The notes under the pieces are model-generated. The model was not told the origin of the DNA. It did not search any database and saw only the letters and a program-made list of their open reading frames with translations. Source: a virus (Duplodnaviria > Caudoviricetes). Taken from it: a stretch of DNA of 64,000 nt. This document shows positions 39,223 to 49,332 of this stretch, piece after piece. The stretch lies in IMG/VR virus record IMGVR_UViG_2684623050_000001, positions 1-64,000 of that record. The stretch is one strand, 5' to 3'. The number at the start of each line of letters is the position of its first letter. Positions within the stretch are counted from its first letter, which is position 1. The position numbers were made by a program, and so were the translations under genes.

Positions 39223-40125
39223 TTAAACGTTGGTGATACCCTTGAGACGGGCGACCGAGTGCGTGGCGCGCAGGACGGTGCCGGCATACCACTTCAGACG
39301 CCAGCGCTGGGCGTCCTTGCCTTCGAGCTTGCCGATCTCCTCGACACGCAGGCCGGCAGAGGCGCCGCCGTAGATGCCGTGGAAGCCGTCGGCCTCGTTG
39401 AGGCGCAGAGCGTAGATCGAGCAGGTGTTCTCGGCCGTGCCCTGGGTCTCGTCGGCGTTCATGTAGTCGTTGATGATGACCGGCGTGCCATCGAACGCCG
39501 GAATCGGGCGGCCGAAGTTCGGGATCATGATCGTGGTGGCGTCGTTGCCGCCCATGGCGCGAAGCAGCTGCTTGATGGCGCGCCAGGTGCCCTTGCGCAT
39601 CATCAGGACGTCGCAGCCGTTCTTCACCGCGTCGCGGAGCTCGTCGAGCATGGTGAAGGTGACGGCCGAGCCGTTGAGGCCGGCGACGAGGGTCTGCTTG
39701 GCCGGCACGAGCTTCTTGATGCCGTCGAACTCCTTGCGGTTCACCGCGGAGTCGCCGTTCACCAGGGTGCGACGGAACTGACGGCCGAGGGCCTTCGCCT
39801 TGGCGGCCAGCTGGATCGCCAGCTGCGGGTTGGTCTCGCTCTGGGTCTCCAGGATGAAGTTGTCCAGATCGACGTGGCCCGCGAGGATGCGGAGCTTGGC
39901 CTGGACCTCATCGAAGGTCGCGGCGCCCTCGGGGATATCCTCGTAGGGGTCGAGGAACGCGCCCTCGGAGAGCTCCTTCTCGCGCACGTAGTCGTAGGCC
40001 TTGCCGTTCACGAACATGAACGGAACCAGGGCGAACATCTCGTCCTGGTCGATGATCTCTTCGATGACGCCGCGCTCCAGGTAGTCCTGGGACAGCTTTT
40101 CCGCCTCTTCACGAAGCAGGGGCAT
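39223..40125 (-). CDS. Major capsid protein
   Basis: GVIEEII, Y.Y.RE, L.G.VD.D.F, NGDS...EFDGI, R.KWY.G. AGGAG RBS, follows the scaffold gene. Confidence 0.85.
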   Translation of the reverse strand: MPLLREEAEKLSQDYLERGVIEEIIDQDEMFALVPFMFVNGKAYDYVREKELSEGAFLDPYEDIPEGAATFDEVQAKLRILAGHVDLDNFILETQSETNPQLAIQLAAKAKALGRQFRRTLVNGDSAVNRKEFDGIKKLVPAKQTLVAGLNGSAVTFTMLDELRDAVKNGCDVLMMRKGTWRAIKQLLRAMGGNDATTIMIPNFGRPIPAFDGTPVIINDYMNADETQGTAENTCSIYALRLNEADGFHGIYGGASAGLRVEEIGKLEGKDAQRWRLKWYAGTVLRATHSVARLKGITNV

Positions 40126-40248
40126 TTCACGTTCTCCTTACTTGATCCGAGGCTCGTCGGGATCAGTCAGTGGTGACTGACAAATTCTAACCCGACGAGC
40201 CAAGCCACTCCAAGCGGAAAAAGTCAGTAGTGACTTATTTTTCCGCGC

Positions 40249-41109
40249 TTAAGCGGACTTCTTTCCGTTCCGGGCCGCGAGAATGGCCGCGATACGGGCA
40301 GAGCCCTTCAGTTCACCATCGCCGATCTTGTCGGAGACCTTGGTGTTGTCGGTGGTATTGGACCGTCCGCCCGGAGCCAGCTTGCCCTTGAGCAGGCGCT
40401 CCTTGTCCGGATGGGCCTCGACCAGCTTCGCGATCGCCGTCTCGAACGGGACCGCCTTGCCCTGGGCGTCGACCAGCTGCGTGCGCTCGGAAGCGCCCTT
40501 GGGCTTGTCGTAGGCCACGGGCACGCCGTTGACCGTCTCGAAGTGGGCGCCGAACTCACGACGGGCGACCGAGGGCGGCAGCACGAGGTTGTCGGCGATG
40601 AACTTCGAGTTCAGGAACGAGGCGCCGACCGTCAGCTCCTCGATCGTCGCCAGCGCGGCAGCCAGCGCGGTGTCCTTCTGGCCGAGGAGGTCGTCCTTGG
40701 CCTTCAGGTCCTTCGTGTGCTGCTCGCCCATGGCCGCCTTCACCCGGTCGAAGTCGCCGCGCTGCTCGGCGAGCGCGAGCTCGTCCGCCTTGCGCTTGTC
40801 CTCGGCAGCGGCCGCATCCGTCACGAGCTTGCGCACCGCTTCGGGATCGAGCCCTTCCCAGGCCTTCAGCTGGCCTGTGAGCGTCTCGATCTGGGTCTTC
40901 TGCTTCATGTTCTCCTTGAGCAGCTTGGCGTCAGCATCGCTGGTGCCGGGCTTGGGCTCGGGAGCGGGCGGGTCCTGGGGCTTCGGCTCCGGCTTGGGCT
41001 CGGGAGCGCCGCCCTCGTTGGGCTTGTCGAAGACGGGCCGGGAGTGGCCGAAGGGATGGGTGAAGATCGAGTGCAGCGGGAAGCTGCGGGCGGTCTTGGT
41101 CACGTTCAT
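40249..41109 (-). CDS. Capsid scaffolding protein
   Basis: Between portal and capsid genes. Pro-rich N-terminus, coiled coil. Confidence 0.7.
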   Translation of the reverse strand: MNVTKTARSFPLHSIFTHPFGHSRPVFDKPNEGGAPEPKPEPKPQDPPAPEPKPGTSDADAKLLKENMKQKTQIETLTGQLKAWEGLDPEAVRKLVTDAAAAEDKRKADELALAEQRGDFDRVKAAMGEQHTKDLKAKDDLLGQKDTALAAALATIEELTVGASFLNSKFIADNLVLPPSVARREFGAHFETVNGVPVAYDKPKGASERTQLVDAQGKAVPFETAIAKLVEAHPDKERLLKGKLAPGGRSNTTDNTKVSDKIGDGELKGSARIAAILAARNGKKSA

Positions 41110-41190
41110 GGTTCGCTCTCCTCTCGGCACAGTCTCTCGGCCGGTCGGGTTGAAGGGGCGCCGCAGTCTCTCGGGCGCCGATGGTGCGGC

Positions 41191-42789
41191 TTACGCCGCG
41201 GTCTTCTTCTGGTCCTTGTCCGTCACCTGACCCTGCTGGTTGGCCTTCCCAGCGTTCTTGGGCGGTGACTTCGAGGAGCCGGAAGCGTTGGACCCGCCTG
41301 GGGCGGGGAAACCGGTCGGAGGCGAGGTCGCCTCGAACATCTGCTTGGCGCGCTCGACGGGATCGACCGGCCAGGACTTCAGCTCGGCGAGCATCTTGGC
41401 CTTGATCTCCTCGGCGACGCCGGGGAACAGCTTGTCCACGATCTGCTTCATCTGCTCGGAGCGGATGGTCTTGGGCGCCTCGATCAGGCCGAGGTTCTGC
41501 GCGACCGTGAATTCATCGAACAGCGAGCGAACATCGAAGGTCTCGGGATACTTGACCACGCGCTCCTTGAGCGGCGTAGCCTTGTGCCAGAGCAGCACGA
41601 GTTCGTTCAGCTGGTGCTCGACCTGCTCCAGGCTCTGGGCCTTGGTCGTCAGGAGCGAGTTCAGCTTGTCGAAGTCGTAGGCCTTGGCGACGCCCGAGGA
41701 GTTGTCGATGCCGACGGCGTTGTCCTGCTTGGTCCGCTCGCCCGAGGCGCCGGCCGTGTTGTAGATCTCGGCGACGATCTTGTTGATCGCCGTGATGATG
41801 AGCTGGGCCTGGCGCGGGTCCGGGGACAGGTATTCGGGCGCGGCGCCGCCCTCCCCGTCGTAGAGGAAGATGCGCTTCGTCCCCATGTCCACGAGGGCGT
41901 TGTGGGCCTCGGTGCCGGGCAGGACGTTCTGGGCCGGCATGGCGAGCTGCGAGAACGCCTGATCCTGGATGATGGCATCCAGGTTCGACAGGTAGTTCGC
42001 GCTCGCCCGGTCCAGGTAGGCGATGTCGTCGATGAGGCCGGACGCCGAGTAGAGGTTCTCGCCGAGGATGTGGTCGGCGAAGAAGCACGGGACCCGGCCG
42101 ATCGCGACGGGGCCCTGGTCGAGCAGGTCGACGCGCTGGGAGCCGCGCACGTCCTTGATCTCGAACAGCATCCACTCGTTGCGCGTCCAGAGCCGGTAGC
42201 GCACCTTGACCTTACCCGAGGCGTAGATCGGGTCCTTGTCGTCCCGGTAGGTCTCCTGCACGAAGACCCACAGCAGCTCGCCATCGTCGTCATGGAAGCC
42301 CATGTCGAGGATGTTCTGGGGACGGACGAAGTAGGTGTAGACGCGCGCGCCCTGCTCCTTCTCGTCGGCCTGACTCACCGCGTCGTCGGTCTTGGTGGAA
42401 TCGACGAACACCAGCACGCGGCCGAGGATCGAGGTCGCGGTCGAGATGATGCGGATATACTGGTCGATCGTCAGCCCGGAGCGGGTGCAGTTCGCCCAGA
42501 AGTCCTTGAGCTCCTTCGGCGCGTCGTCCTTGCGGATGATGCTGCCCTTGAAGAGATACTTCTGGACGAGCTCCACGATCTCGCGCGTGTGGTTGAACCG
42601 ATACGCGCGTTCGAGGCGATCCTTGTATTCCTTGTCGCCTTCCTTGATGTAGCGGAACACGTTGTCCTTGAACCACTCGCGGCCACCCTCGTAGGTGGCC
42701 TGGAGGAAGTTCCAGTGCGGCAGCTTGCCCTCATAGTCAGGGTGACGCCGCTTGAGCATCTCCTGAAGGACCTTCTGGGCAATCGCCAC
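41191..42789 (-). CDS. Portal protein
   Basis: HPDY..W, Y..RL.RA...N, SGVAKAYDF, 532 aa downstream of the terminase. Confidence 0.85.
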   Translation of the reverse strand: MAIAQKVLQEMLKRRHPDYEGKLPHWNFLQATYEGGREWFKDNVFRYIKEGDKEYKDRLERAYRFNHTREIVELVQKYLFKGSIIRKDDAPKELKDFWANCTRSGLTIDQYIRIISTATSILGRVLVFVDSTKTDDAVSQADEKEQGARVYTYFVRPQNILDMGFHDDDGELLWVFVQETYRDDKDPIYASGKVKVRYRLWTRNEWMLFEIKDVRGSQRVDLLDQGPVAIGRVPCFFADHILGENLYSASGLIDDIAYLDRASANYLSNLDAIIQDQAFSQLAMPAQNVLPGTEAHNALVDMGTKRIFLYDGEGGAAPEYLSPDPRQAQLIITAINKIVAEIYNTAGASGERTKQDNAVGIDNSSGVAKAYDFDKLNSLLTTKAQSLEQVEHQLNELVLLWHKATPLKERVVKYPETFDVRSLFDEFTVAQNLGLIEAPKTIRSEQMKQIVDKLFPGVAEEIKAKMLAELKSWPVDPVERAKQMFEATSPPTGFPAPGGSNASGSSKSPPKNAGKANQQGQVTDKDQKKTAA

Positions 42790-42801
42790 GACGCCGGCTC
42801 C

Positions 42802-43071
42802 TTACGCCAGGGCCGTGAAGGCGACGCGCGCGCCGGCCTTGTTCGGGGCACGCACGAACAGGGTCAGGCTCGGGTAGTTCAGCGGCAGCGGGCCGGACGC
42901 GCCGCGCAGCTGGTGCGCGGGCGCATCGAGCCCGGGCTCGGCGTCGGAGAGGACGAACAGCACATCGGCCGCGACCGGCAGCGCAGGCGAGGGAATGGTC
43001 TGCAGGAGACCCTGCGCCGGCCCGAGATCGAGCCAGTTCTCCTCGGTGATGTCGGTCTGGGTCGTTGCCAT
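42802..43071 (-). CDS. Hypothetical protein
   Basis: Between terminase and portal. GAAGGA RBS. Confidence 0.6.
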   Translation of the reverse strand: MATTQTDITEENWLDLGPAQGLLQTIPSPALPVAADVLFVLSDAEPGLDAPAHQLRGASGPLPLNYPSLTLFVRAPNKAGARVAFTALA

Positions 43072-43130
43072 GGGTCTGTTCGTCCTTCGGAAGAGCTAGA
43101 TGATAAGTCAGTGCTGACTGATCCACAAGA

Positions 43131-44396
43131 TCACAGCGAAACGCCGAGGATCTTGATCTGACGCACCGGGAATTCGAGATCGAGGCAGTAGCCCAGCGCG
43201 TCGGCCGGGTGCTCGACGCCCGCGCTCTTGTCCACGTCGCGCGAGCCCGGCTTGTAGATCGTCTGCTCGAAGGCGTTGATGACGTGCTTGCAGTTCCGGT
43301 CCACCTTGAGCCGGATCGTGCCGTCGGCCGCCTTGAGCATCCGATTGACCGAGTTCACGCGGTCGGCCACCTTCGGGTGCTTCTTGCGATACTTGAGATT
43401 CTTGAACTCGGCGTCGCGCAGGATGTCGAGGTCGCTCTCGCCGCGGCCGTGGCCGCGCTGGGCGCCGGCCGGGTCCGGGTAGAGAATGATCCGCTTCTTG
43501 TGCTTGAAGAACTTGCGGTCGAGCTCCTGCGCGACCTCTTCGGTCGAGGAACCGGGCAGGATGATCTCGCCCACGATCCAGACCTCGCCGTTGTCCTGCA
43601 GCTGCATGATGACCGACGACATCGGGTCGATGTTGAAGTCCTGCCCGATCCAGATCGGCAGCTGCGGGTTGAAGGCGTAGTCGCCGACGTGGATGTTGCG
43701 GTCGAACGCATGGTAGACGCGGCCGCTCATCGTCTCGAAGCTCGCCTCGAACTCCTGACGGAACGACTTGTCGTCCATGTTCTGGCGCGCGTTCTCGATC
43801 TCCTCCAGCGGGATGAACGGCGACGTGATGGTCGGGAACTGCCAGGACTTGTGCGTGTTGCGGCGCAGCTTGCCCTTCGCGTCGCGATACGTGTCGCCGC
43901 GCTGGCCCTTCATGTAGACGTCGTAGAGCCAGTTGTAGGCCTTGGGCGTCCCGATGATGATGGCGCTGCCGCGGGTCGAGGCGAGCGTCGGCATCAGGAC
44001 CTTGAACCAGGTGTCCGGCTCGATGTCCTGGGCCTCGTCGACCACGACCAGGTGCAGCGCGACGCCGCGCAGGCTGTCCGGCTTGTCCGCGCCCTTGCAC
44101 TCGATCAGCGAGCCGTTGCGCAGCCGGATCGCCATCCGGGTCTCGTTGATCCGCTTGACCCACTTGGCCGGGATCGAATCCTTTAGCTCGTCCCACAGGA
44201 TCGAGCGCGCCATCCCGTAGGTGGGCGCGACATACCAGACCTTCTGCTTGGACTTGGCCGCGGCAGCGGTGACGATCGAGATCCGCGCGAACTGGGTCTT
44301 GCCCCAGCGCCGGCCGGCAACGACCACCTTGACCCGGCGCGGATCGTTGAAGACCGTCGCCTGGCCGTGGTGGAGCTTATACTCAAGCGTCGCCAT
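43131..44396 (-). CDS. terL: Terminase large subunit
   Basis: AGRRWGKT, YVAPT, VVVDEA, GTP, FRQEFEASF, GQDFN, HPADALGY. Confidence 0.93.
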   Translation of the reverse strand: MATLEYKLHHGQATVFNDPRRVKVVVAGRRWGKTQFARISIVTAAAAKSKQKVWYVAPTYGMARSILWDELKDSIPAKWVKRINETRMAIRLRNGSLIECKGADKPDSLRGVALHLVVVDEAQDIEPDTWFKVLMPTLASTRGSAIIIGTPKAYNWLYDVYMKGQRGDTYRDAKGKLRRNTHKSWQFPTITSPFIPLEEIENARQNMDDKSFRQEFEASFETMSGRVYHAFDRNIHVGDYAFNPQLPIWIGQDFNIDPMSSVIMQLQDNGEVWIVGEIILPGSSTEEVAQELDRKFFKHKKRIILYPDPAGAQRGHGRGESDLDILRDAEFKNLKYRKKHPKVADRVNSVNRMLKAADGTIRLKVDRNCKHVINAFEQTIYKPGSRDVDKSAGVEHPADALGYCLDLEFPVRQIKILGVSL

Positions 44397-45093
44397 CGTC
44401 GCCTTCCTCGACGACGATCGCCTCGTCTTCGTCGACCACGATCGCGGCGTCCTCGTCCTCCACGAGGTCGCCGTCGTCCTCCTCCTGCTTCTCGCGCAGG
44501 GCCTTGATCTGCTCGTCGGTCAGGTTGCGGATCGAGAGCTCCGGCAGCTCGTTCTCGTCGACCTCATCGTGCGCGTTCAGGAGGTCGAAGATCTCCAGGC
44601 GGCCCATCCGGACGATCTTCATCGCCCGCTCGATCGTCTTCAGGTTGCCGTCCTCGGTCGAGAAGGCGCGCCCGTGGCGCTGCGCATCCGCGAGCCGGCC
44701 CATGGCCGCGCGCACGAGGTTGTTGGCGTAGCCGGTGTGTTCCTTCCGGACCTTCTCGATCAGGTGCTTGCGCTCGGCAGAGAGCTGCTCGGCCGTCTTG
44801 GCTGCGGGCACGGGTGCTGCGGCCGTCGCGGTCGTCTTGGCAGCCGCGGCCGTCGCCGTGGCGAGCTCATGGGCGCGCGAGCCCTTCTTCACGCCGTAGC
44901 GGAGGAAGCGCTTGCGCAGCGAGGCCGGCTTCACGCCGTAGCGGCTGCAGATCTCGTTGACCTCTGCGGTGCCGAGTTCCCACAGCTCCTTGATCTGAGC
45001 CCACTCAGCCGGGGTCAGTCGCTTCTCGCCGGAAGCTTCGATGTCCTTTTCCAGGCCCTCGTCGAGCTCCGGAGCCTCTGTCTCATTAGTCAC
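44383..45093 (-). CDS. Terminase small subunit (probable)
   Basis: N-terminal HTH (EICSRYGVKPASLRKR), directly upstream of and overlapping terL. Confidence 0.7.
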   Translation of the reverse strand: MTNETEAPELDEGLEKDIEASGEKRLTPAEWAQIKELWELGTAEVNEICSRYGVKPASLRKRFLRYGVKKGSRAHELATATAAAAKTTATAAAPVPAAKTAEQLSAERKHLIEKVRKEHTGYANNLVRAAMGRLADAQRHGRAFSTEDGNLKTIERAMKIVRMGRLEIFDLLNAHDEVDENELPELSIRNLTDEQIKALREKQEEDDGDLVEDEDAAIVVDEDEAIVVEEGDDGDA

Positions 45094-45125
45094 TGCTGAC
45101 TGACCTTTCCAAGCGCGCGTCCGGA

Positions 45126-45195
45126 GCCGCGTCCCTGTAATAGTAGTATATATAGTTACTTAGTATCTAGTCTTTATCAGGAGCGCGGACTTGGA
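45126..45195. repeat. Inverted-repeat element, copy 2
   Basis: ccgcgtccctgtaa / AT-rich spacer / tatcaggagcgcggacttgga. Confidence 0.8.
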
Positions 45196-45470
45196 TCTTC
45201 CAAGACAGGCTCTCCGGCTGTGGGCCGGATCAGCTGATAAGCCAGAAGCGTCGGAGCGAGAGATAGCCTGCGTCCGGCTCCATACTTCCGGACGAGGAGC
45301 CCGTGCTGCTCCAGATACCGGATGGAATACTGGAGCGCCTGCGGGGTCGCCTCGTAGGAGAGATCGGCGTGCAGATCGACGAAGCTGAGGTCCCGGCCCG
45401 CATCTGCGGAGCCGAGCACCAGATCCATGATCTCACGCTGCTTTGCTGTGGCTGCGAAGCGCTTGCTCAT
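45177..45470 (-). CDS. Winged-helix DNA-binding protein
   Basis: TAKQREIM..L, LQYSIRYLEQHGLLVRK, wing ..LAPT. Confidence 0.65.
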   Translation of the reverse strand: MSKRFAATAKQREIMDLVLGSADAGRDLSFVDLHADLSYEATPQALQYSIRYLEQHGLLVRKYGAGRRLSLAPTLLAYQLIRPTAGEPVLEDPSPRS

Positions 45471-46396
45471 GTCAGCACCAGGGGTTCGGTCGGCTTCTGC
45501 CGGTCGAATGCGGACAGAGGAAGGCTCTCGGGCAGGACCCGACCCTTGTCCGGGTTCTTCCAGACGCCATACATCGGCGAGGCCAACGTGATCTGTTGCA
45601 GGCTCCGGATCACGCGCCGCGCGTCCATCTCGTCGACCCGGCCCTGGCCCTTGTCGCGGTTGTTGCCGGTCTTCTCCAGCGCCGAGTGCCGGTAGTAGAA
45701 GTCGCGGGCGGCCTGGACGAGCTTCTCCTGCTCGGCCGGCGACTTGCCCGCGATCTCAGCCAGGATGGCCTCGTAGTCGGCCGGGTTCGCCTCGAAATGG
45801 CTGCGGAAGAACTTGAGCCCGGCCTCGAACTTGTTGGCGTTCATCGGCTTGACGAACTTGAACCCGGCCTTCTGCCCGAACAGGTTGAACTTCGACATGG
45901 ACGACTGGATCTCCATGAAGGTGTTCCCCTCCATGCGCGAGACCAGGTTCATCATCCGGTAGCCGCAGCCGATCCCGCGATACATCGTGTCCACGACGAA
46001 GCGCGCGATCACCCGGAAGTTGGCGTTCAGGTAGACGTAGCGGTTGGTGTTGGTGAGCTTGGTCTCGTCTCCACCCGGCTTGAGGCGCGGGAAGGCGACG
46101 TGGCGCTCCTTGAGCAGCCCCTTGGGGTTCGAGGTCACGAGGACGCCGATCGTCTCGCCGTGGAGCGCCAGCTTCCAGAACCGGGGCCCGATCGGCAGGC
46201 TCTCGGCCTTGTAGTGCAGGTCGTGCAGCAGCTCCCAGTCGTCCTTGGTGCCCCGCTCGACGACCATCTCGTCGATCAGCGAAAATCGCGCAGGGGCGCT
46301 TTCACGCGCGATCAGCGTGTCGGGGCCGTCAAACACGACGGTCGCGCTGTGCGACGAACCTCGCGCAACGCTGGGGCATCCAATTTCGAGCGACAT
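45467..46396 (-). CDS. GNAT-fold acetyltransferase, possibly DNA-modifying
   Basis: LHYK, IARFVVDTMYRGIGCG (acetyl-CoA motif A), N.F.QKAGF. Confidence 0.75.
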   Translation of the reverse strand: MSLEIGCPSVARGSSHSATVVFDGPDTLIARESAPARFSLIDEMVVERGTKDDWELLHDLHYKAESLPIGPRFWKLALHGETIGVLVTSNPKGLLKERHVAFPRLKPGGDETKLTNTNRYVYLNANFRVIARFVVDTMYRGIGCGYRMMNLVSRMEGNTFMEIQSSMSKFNLFGQKAGFKFVKPMNANKFEAGLKFFRSHFEANPADYEAILAEIAGKSPAEQEKLVQAARDFYYRHSALEKTGNNRDKGQGRVDEMDARRVIRSLQQITLASPMYGVWKNPDKGRVLPESLPLSAFDRQKPTEPLVLT

Positions 46397-46575
46397 CTCA
46401 GATCGGGGCGTAGAAGAAAGCTCGAACGAGCAGGGCGGCCCCGCCCAGGCATCCAACGATGCGGGCGAGGTCAATGAAGGTGTCGAGGCTCACGGCTGCG
46501 GGCCGAGCGCGACGAGCACGACGAGGGAGAAAGCTCCGGCGAGGAGCACGCCCCAGAAGGCTTCCCGGATCGTCC

Positions 46576-46914
46576 TCACAGCGTCTCTCCGGCACTCGGA
46601 TTGGTCCAGCGGGTGACGACCGGGCAGGAAACGCCTTCCCGGATGCCGGCCGAGATCGCGCGCCAGGCCATCGCCGGGATGTCCTCGCGGCGCAGGTCTT
46701 CGAGGATGACGGCGCCGTAGGTCTCCGCGGAGACGGCCGCGCGCTCCGAAGCGACCAGGCAGAGGCAATCCACCGTGGTTTCGCGCACCCGGTAGCCCAT
46801 CAGCGGGGCCGAGGAGCGCCAGCCGGAGCGCCGGACGATGAGGATGGTGACGTTCTCGCTCACGACACGATCTCCCAGTCCTGGGCCAGCAGATCGGACT
46901 GCGAGCACAGCCAC
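46576..46914 (-). CDS. Hypothetical protein (start uncertain)
   Basis: ORF filling the operon gap. Likely starts near 46863. Confidence 0.4.
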   Translation of the reverse strand: MAVLAVRSAGPGLGDRVVSENVTILIVRRSGWRSSAPLMGYRVRETTVDCLCLVASERAAVSAETYGAVILEDLRREDIPAMAWRAISAGIREGVSCPVVTRWTNPSAGETL

Positions 46915-47324
46915 GGCACCCGGTTCTTACAGGCCGTGAACATGAACACGTAGGGAAGGCTCATCTTCGAGTGAGCGTCCGGCACCTGAAGCTCCAGATA
47001 CATACCCTTGCCGTTCCAGCCGGCGCGGGCCACGCGCTTGCCGGCCTGCATCGCCTCGACGACCTCGCCGATCCGCAGACCCGTGGTCCGGGGCGCCTCG
47101 GCAGCCGGCGTGGTCAGGATCTTGGCCGCGGTGATGTTGAGGCGATCGGGCGCGCCGCCGAAGGTGATGTTGCCGATCACCAGATCGCCGTTCGTCTTGG
47201 CCTGGATGTCGACCTGCGAGCGCGGCTGTGAGGTCACGACGAGGCCCTCGGGCTCCCGGCTCGTGATGGTCACATCGTGATCGCCGATGACGATCTTGGT
47301 GTGAATGTCGGATTCGGTGCTCAT
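46860..47324 (-). CDS. DUF2829 / Tad2-like anti-defence protein with N-terminal extension
   Basis: GEVVEAMQAGKRVARAGWNGKGMYL...PY...VPWLCSQSDLLAQDW. Confidence 0.8.
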   Translation of the reverse strand: MSTESDIHTKIVIGDHDVTITSREPEGLVVTSQPRSQVDIQAKTNGDLVIGNITFGGAPDRLNITAAKILTTPAAEAPRTTGLRIGEVVEAMQAGKRVARAGWNGKGMYLELQVPDAHSKMSLPYVFMFTACKNRVPWLCSQSDLLAQDWEIVS

Positions 47325-47962
47325 ACTGCTGCCTTCTCGACTTCCACCTTCTCGCGGAAGCGCTTGGTGATGGTGAGGGAGGGACCGAGCTCGTCCTTGA
47401 GGTCGGTGTGGGTGGTCGCGACCATCAGCGTCCGGCCGGCAGCGCGGGCCGCCTTCTGGACGTTGAAGGCGATGACCTTCGCGGTGACGCGATCGAGGAC
47501 GGCGCCGAACTCGTCGGCGACCCACACATCGGCGTTCGAGCCGATGATCTTGGCGAGCTTCACCCGGTAGCGCTGACCGTCGGAGAGCTCGAACGGGCGC
47601 CGGATGAAGATCCAGGCGTCCGAAATGCCGGCCAGACCCAGCAGCCGCAGCCCCTCGGTCATGGAGCCACCCACCTGCTCGATGACGGGCTCGTCCGTGA
47701 GCTCGACCTCGTTGAGATCGGCCACGACCTTGCCGTCGGCGCGCAGCTTGCCCGTCAGGTCGCGCAGGAGCAGCGACTTGCCGGACCCGGACTGGCCGGT
47801 GATGTAGACGACATCGCCCTGGTTCAGCTCGACCAGCAGGTCGTCGTAGACGACGAAGCGCTTGTCGGAGAGGCCCAGACCGAAGGCCTCGGCGACTTCG
47901 AGCACGCGCGGCGTGCGCTCGACCGACGACGAGAAGGCGCGCGAGATCCGGTAGGTGCTCAT
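47321..47962 (-). CDS. Soluble ABC-family ATPase
   Basis: Walker A GQSGSGKS, signature LSDGQ, Walker B WVADEF..LD, H-loop ATTH. No permease partner. Confidence 0.85.
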   Translation of the reverse strand: MSTYRISRAFSSSVERTPRVLEVAEAFGLGLSDKRFVVYDDLLVELNQGDVVYITGQSGSGKSLLLRDLTGKLRADGKVVADLNEVELTDEPVIEQVGGSMTEGLRLLGLAGISDAWIFIRRPFELSDGQRYRVKLAKIIGSNADVWVADEFGAVLDRVTAKVIAFNVQKAARAAGRTLMVATTHTDLKDELGPSLTITKRFREKVEVEKAAV

Positions 47963-48411
47963 GCGCCGAGCTCCGGATCGTCATCGCCGTCGTCGAGGAT
48001 GATGACCTCATCGTCGGTCGGCTCGCCATATTCGGCCAGCTCCACGAGGTCGCCGCGCATCAGCTCCATCGCGCCGATCCAGCGCAGCGCCTCCTGCTCA
48101 ACCCGCTTGCCGGCCGGCGTGCGCAGCGCGAGATCGAAGAAGCCCTCGCGCTCGCCCTTGCACGAGACGATCACCAGCGCGCCCTCGACCTCGCCGGCCT
48201 TGAGCCGGGCCAGGATGCGCTCGACCATCTCGACGGCCTCCTGATCGACCTTGGGCCGACGGACGCGCTTCTTCTTCTCGACCTTCTCCGGCACCCAGGC
48301 CGAGCGGGTCTTGATCGAGATGATCTTCGGCTCCGCGGCGCGCGCCTCCTCGGCCGCCTTCCGCTTGGCGTCGATCTCCTTGATGAGCGGGTTGTTCTCG
48401 AAATCAGGCAT
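47959..48411 (-). CDS. Hypothetical protein
   Basis: Coupled ORF in the cassette. Confidence 0.6.
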   Translation of the reverse strand: MPDFENNPLIKEIDAKRKAAEEARAAEPKIISIKTRSAWVPEKVEKKKRVRRPKVDQEAVEMVERILARLKAGEVEGALVIVSCKGEREGFFDLALRTPAGKRVEQEALRWIGAMELMRGDLVELAEYGEPTDDEVIILDDGDDDPELGA

Positions 48412-48658
48412 GGGAAGTCACCACTGACTGACAGGTGCGGACAAGCCGATCCTGGCTCGGCAGGCGCTTGATCGACCCGAGATAGAGAGCGTTGGCGAGG
48501 TAGCCCCGGCGCGCGCGGTCGCGGGCCGTGAAGTTCCAGGCGAGCCCGTCGCGGGTGCGCCAGAAGGCGTGGTAGCGCCCGAAGCGGTTGCGCTGGAAGC
48601 GCATCCGGGTCCCGCCGCAGACGAGCGCGACGAGGATGCAGTTGGCCGGGAAGCGCAT
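48404..48658 (-). CDS. Hypothetical protein
   Basis: Coupled ORF with NC...H..W motif. Confidence 0.5.
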   Translation of the reverse strand: MRFPANCILVALVCGGTRMRFQRNRFGRYHAFWRTRDGLAWNFTARDRARRGYLANALYLGSIKRLPSQDRLVRTCQSVVTSHA

Positions 48659-49332
48659 CAGGCAGCGACCCCGAAGGCGTCGAGGAAGCCCATGAGGGCG
48701 TCCGCGCCGGTCTCGCCGGTCTCACCCTCGATCTTGGCGATGAAGGCCTTCACGCGCCGGCCCTGCTCGACCGTGAGCTTGCCGAAGCCGAGCGCATCCG
48801 CGACCCGCATGGTCGACGTGTCGACGGCCGCGGCCTTCTTGGTGTTCTCGACCTGCTGCTCCTCGACGGCCTCGGAGATGTCCTCGACGAAGGCGCTCTC
48901 GTCGAACTCGGCCGGGTCCTCGGTGAGGAAGCTGAGCTCCTTGGCCTCGTAGCCGAGCAGGTTGACGTCCACGTCGTCCTCGCCGGCGAGCCAGGTCAGG
49001 CTCTCGCGGATCTGGGCGGTGTCGTAGTCCTGGGTGGACGCCTTGTTGTCGGCCAGGCGCATCGCCTCGGCCTGGGCGTCGGAGAGACCCTTCACCACGA
49101 CGGCCGGGACGGACTTGAGGCCCATCTCGATCGCAGCCAGGCGCCGGCCGTGGCCCGCGATGATCTCGCCGTTCTCGCGCAGGATCAGCGGCTGGGTCCA
49201 GACGCCCGCGCCGCGGATGACGCCGACGAGCTTCTTCGTCGTCTCCGGCGTGTGCTTCTTGGCGTTCTTCGCGTAGGGCTTGAGCTTGCCGATCGGCCAG
49301 TGCTCGATGGGCAGGTCAGTCAGCGTCGTCAT
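48658..49332 (-). CDS. ParB/Srx N-terminal domain protein
   Basis: LKPYAKNAKKH, W..P, IIAGHGRRLAA, RLADNK. Confidence 0.85.
   Translation of the reverse strand: MTTLTDLPIEHWPIGKLKPYAKNAKKHTPETTKKLVGVIRGAGVWTQPLILRENGEIIAGHGRRLAAIEMGLKSVPAVVVKGLSDAQAEAMRLADNKASTQDYDTAQIRESLTWLAGEDDVDVNLLGYEAKELSFLTEDPAEFDESAFVEDISEAVEEQQVENTKKAAAVDTSTMRVADALGFGKLTVEQGRRVKAFIAKIEGETGETGADALMGFLDAFGVAA

Noticed and set aside
47321-47962. ABC transporter
   Set aside because: No permease or substrate-binding partner. Context is ParB-like/GNAT/terminase.
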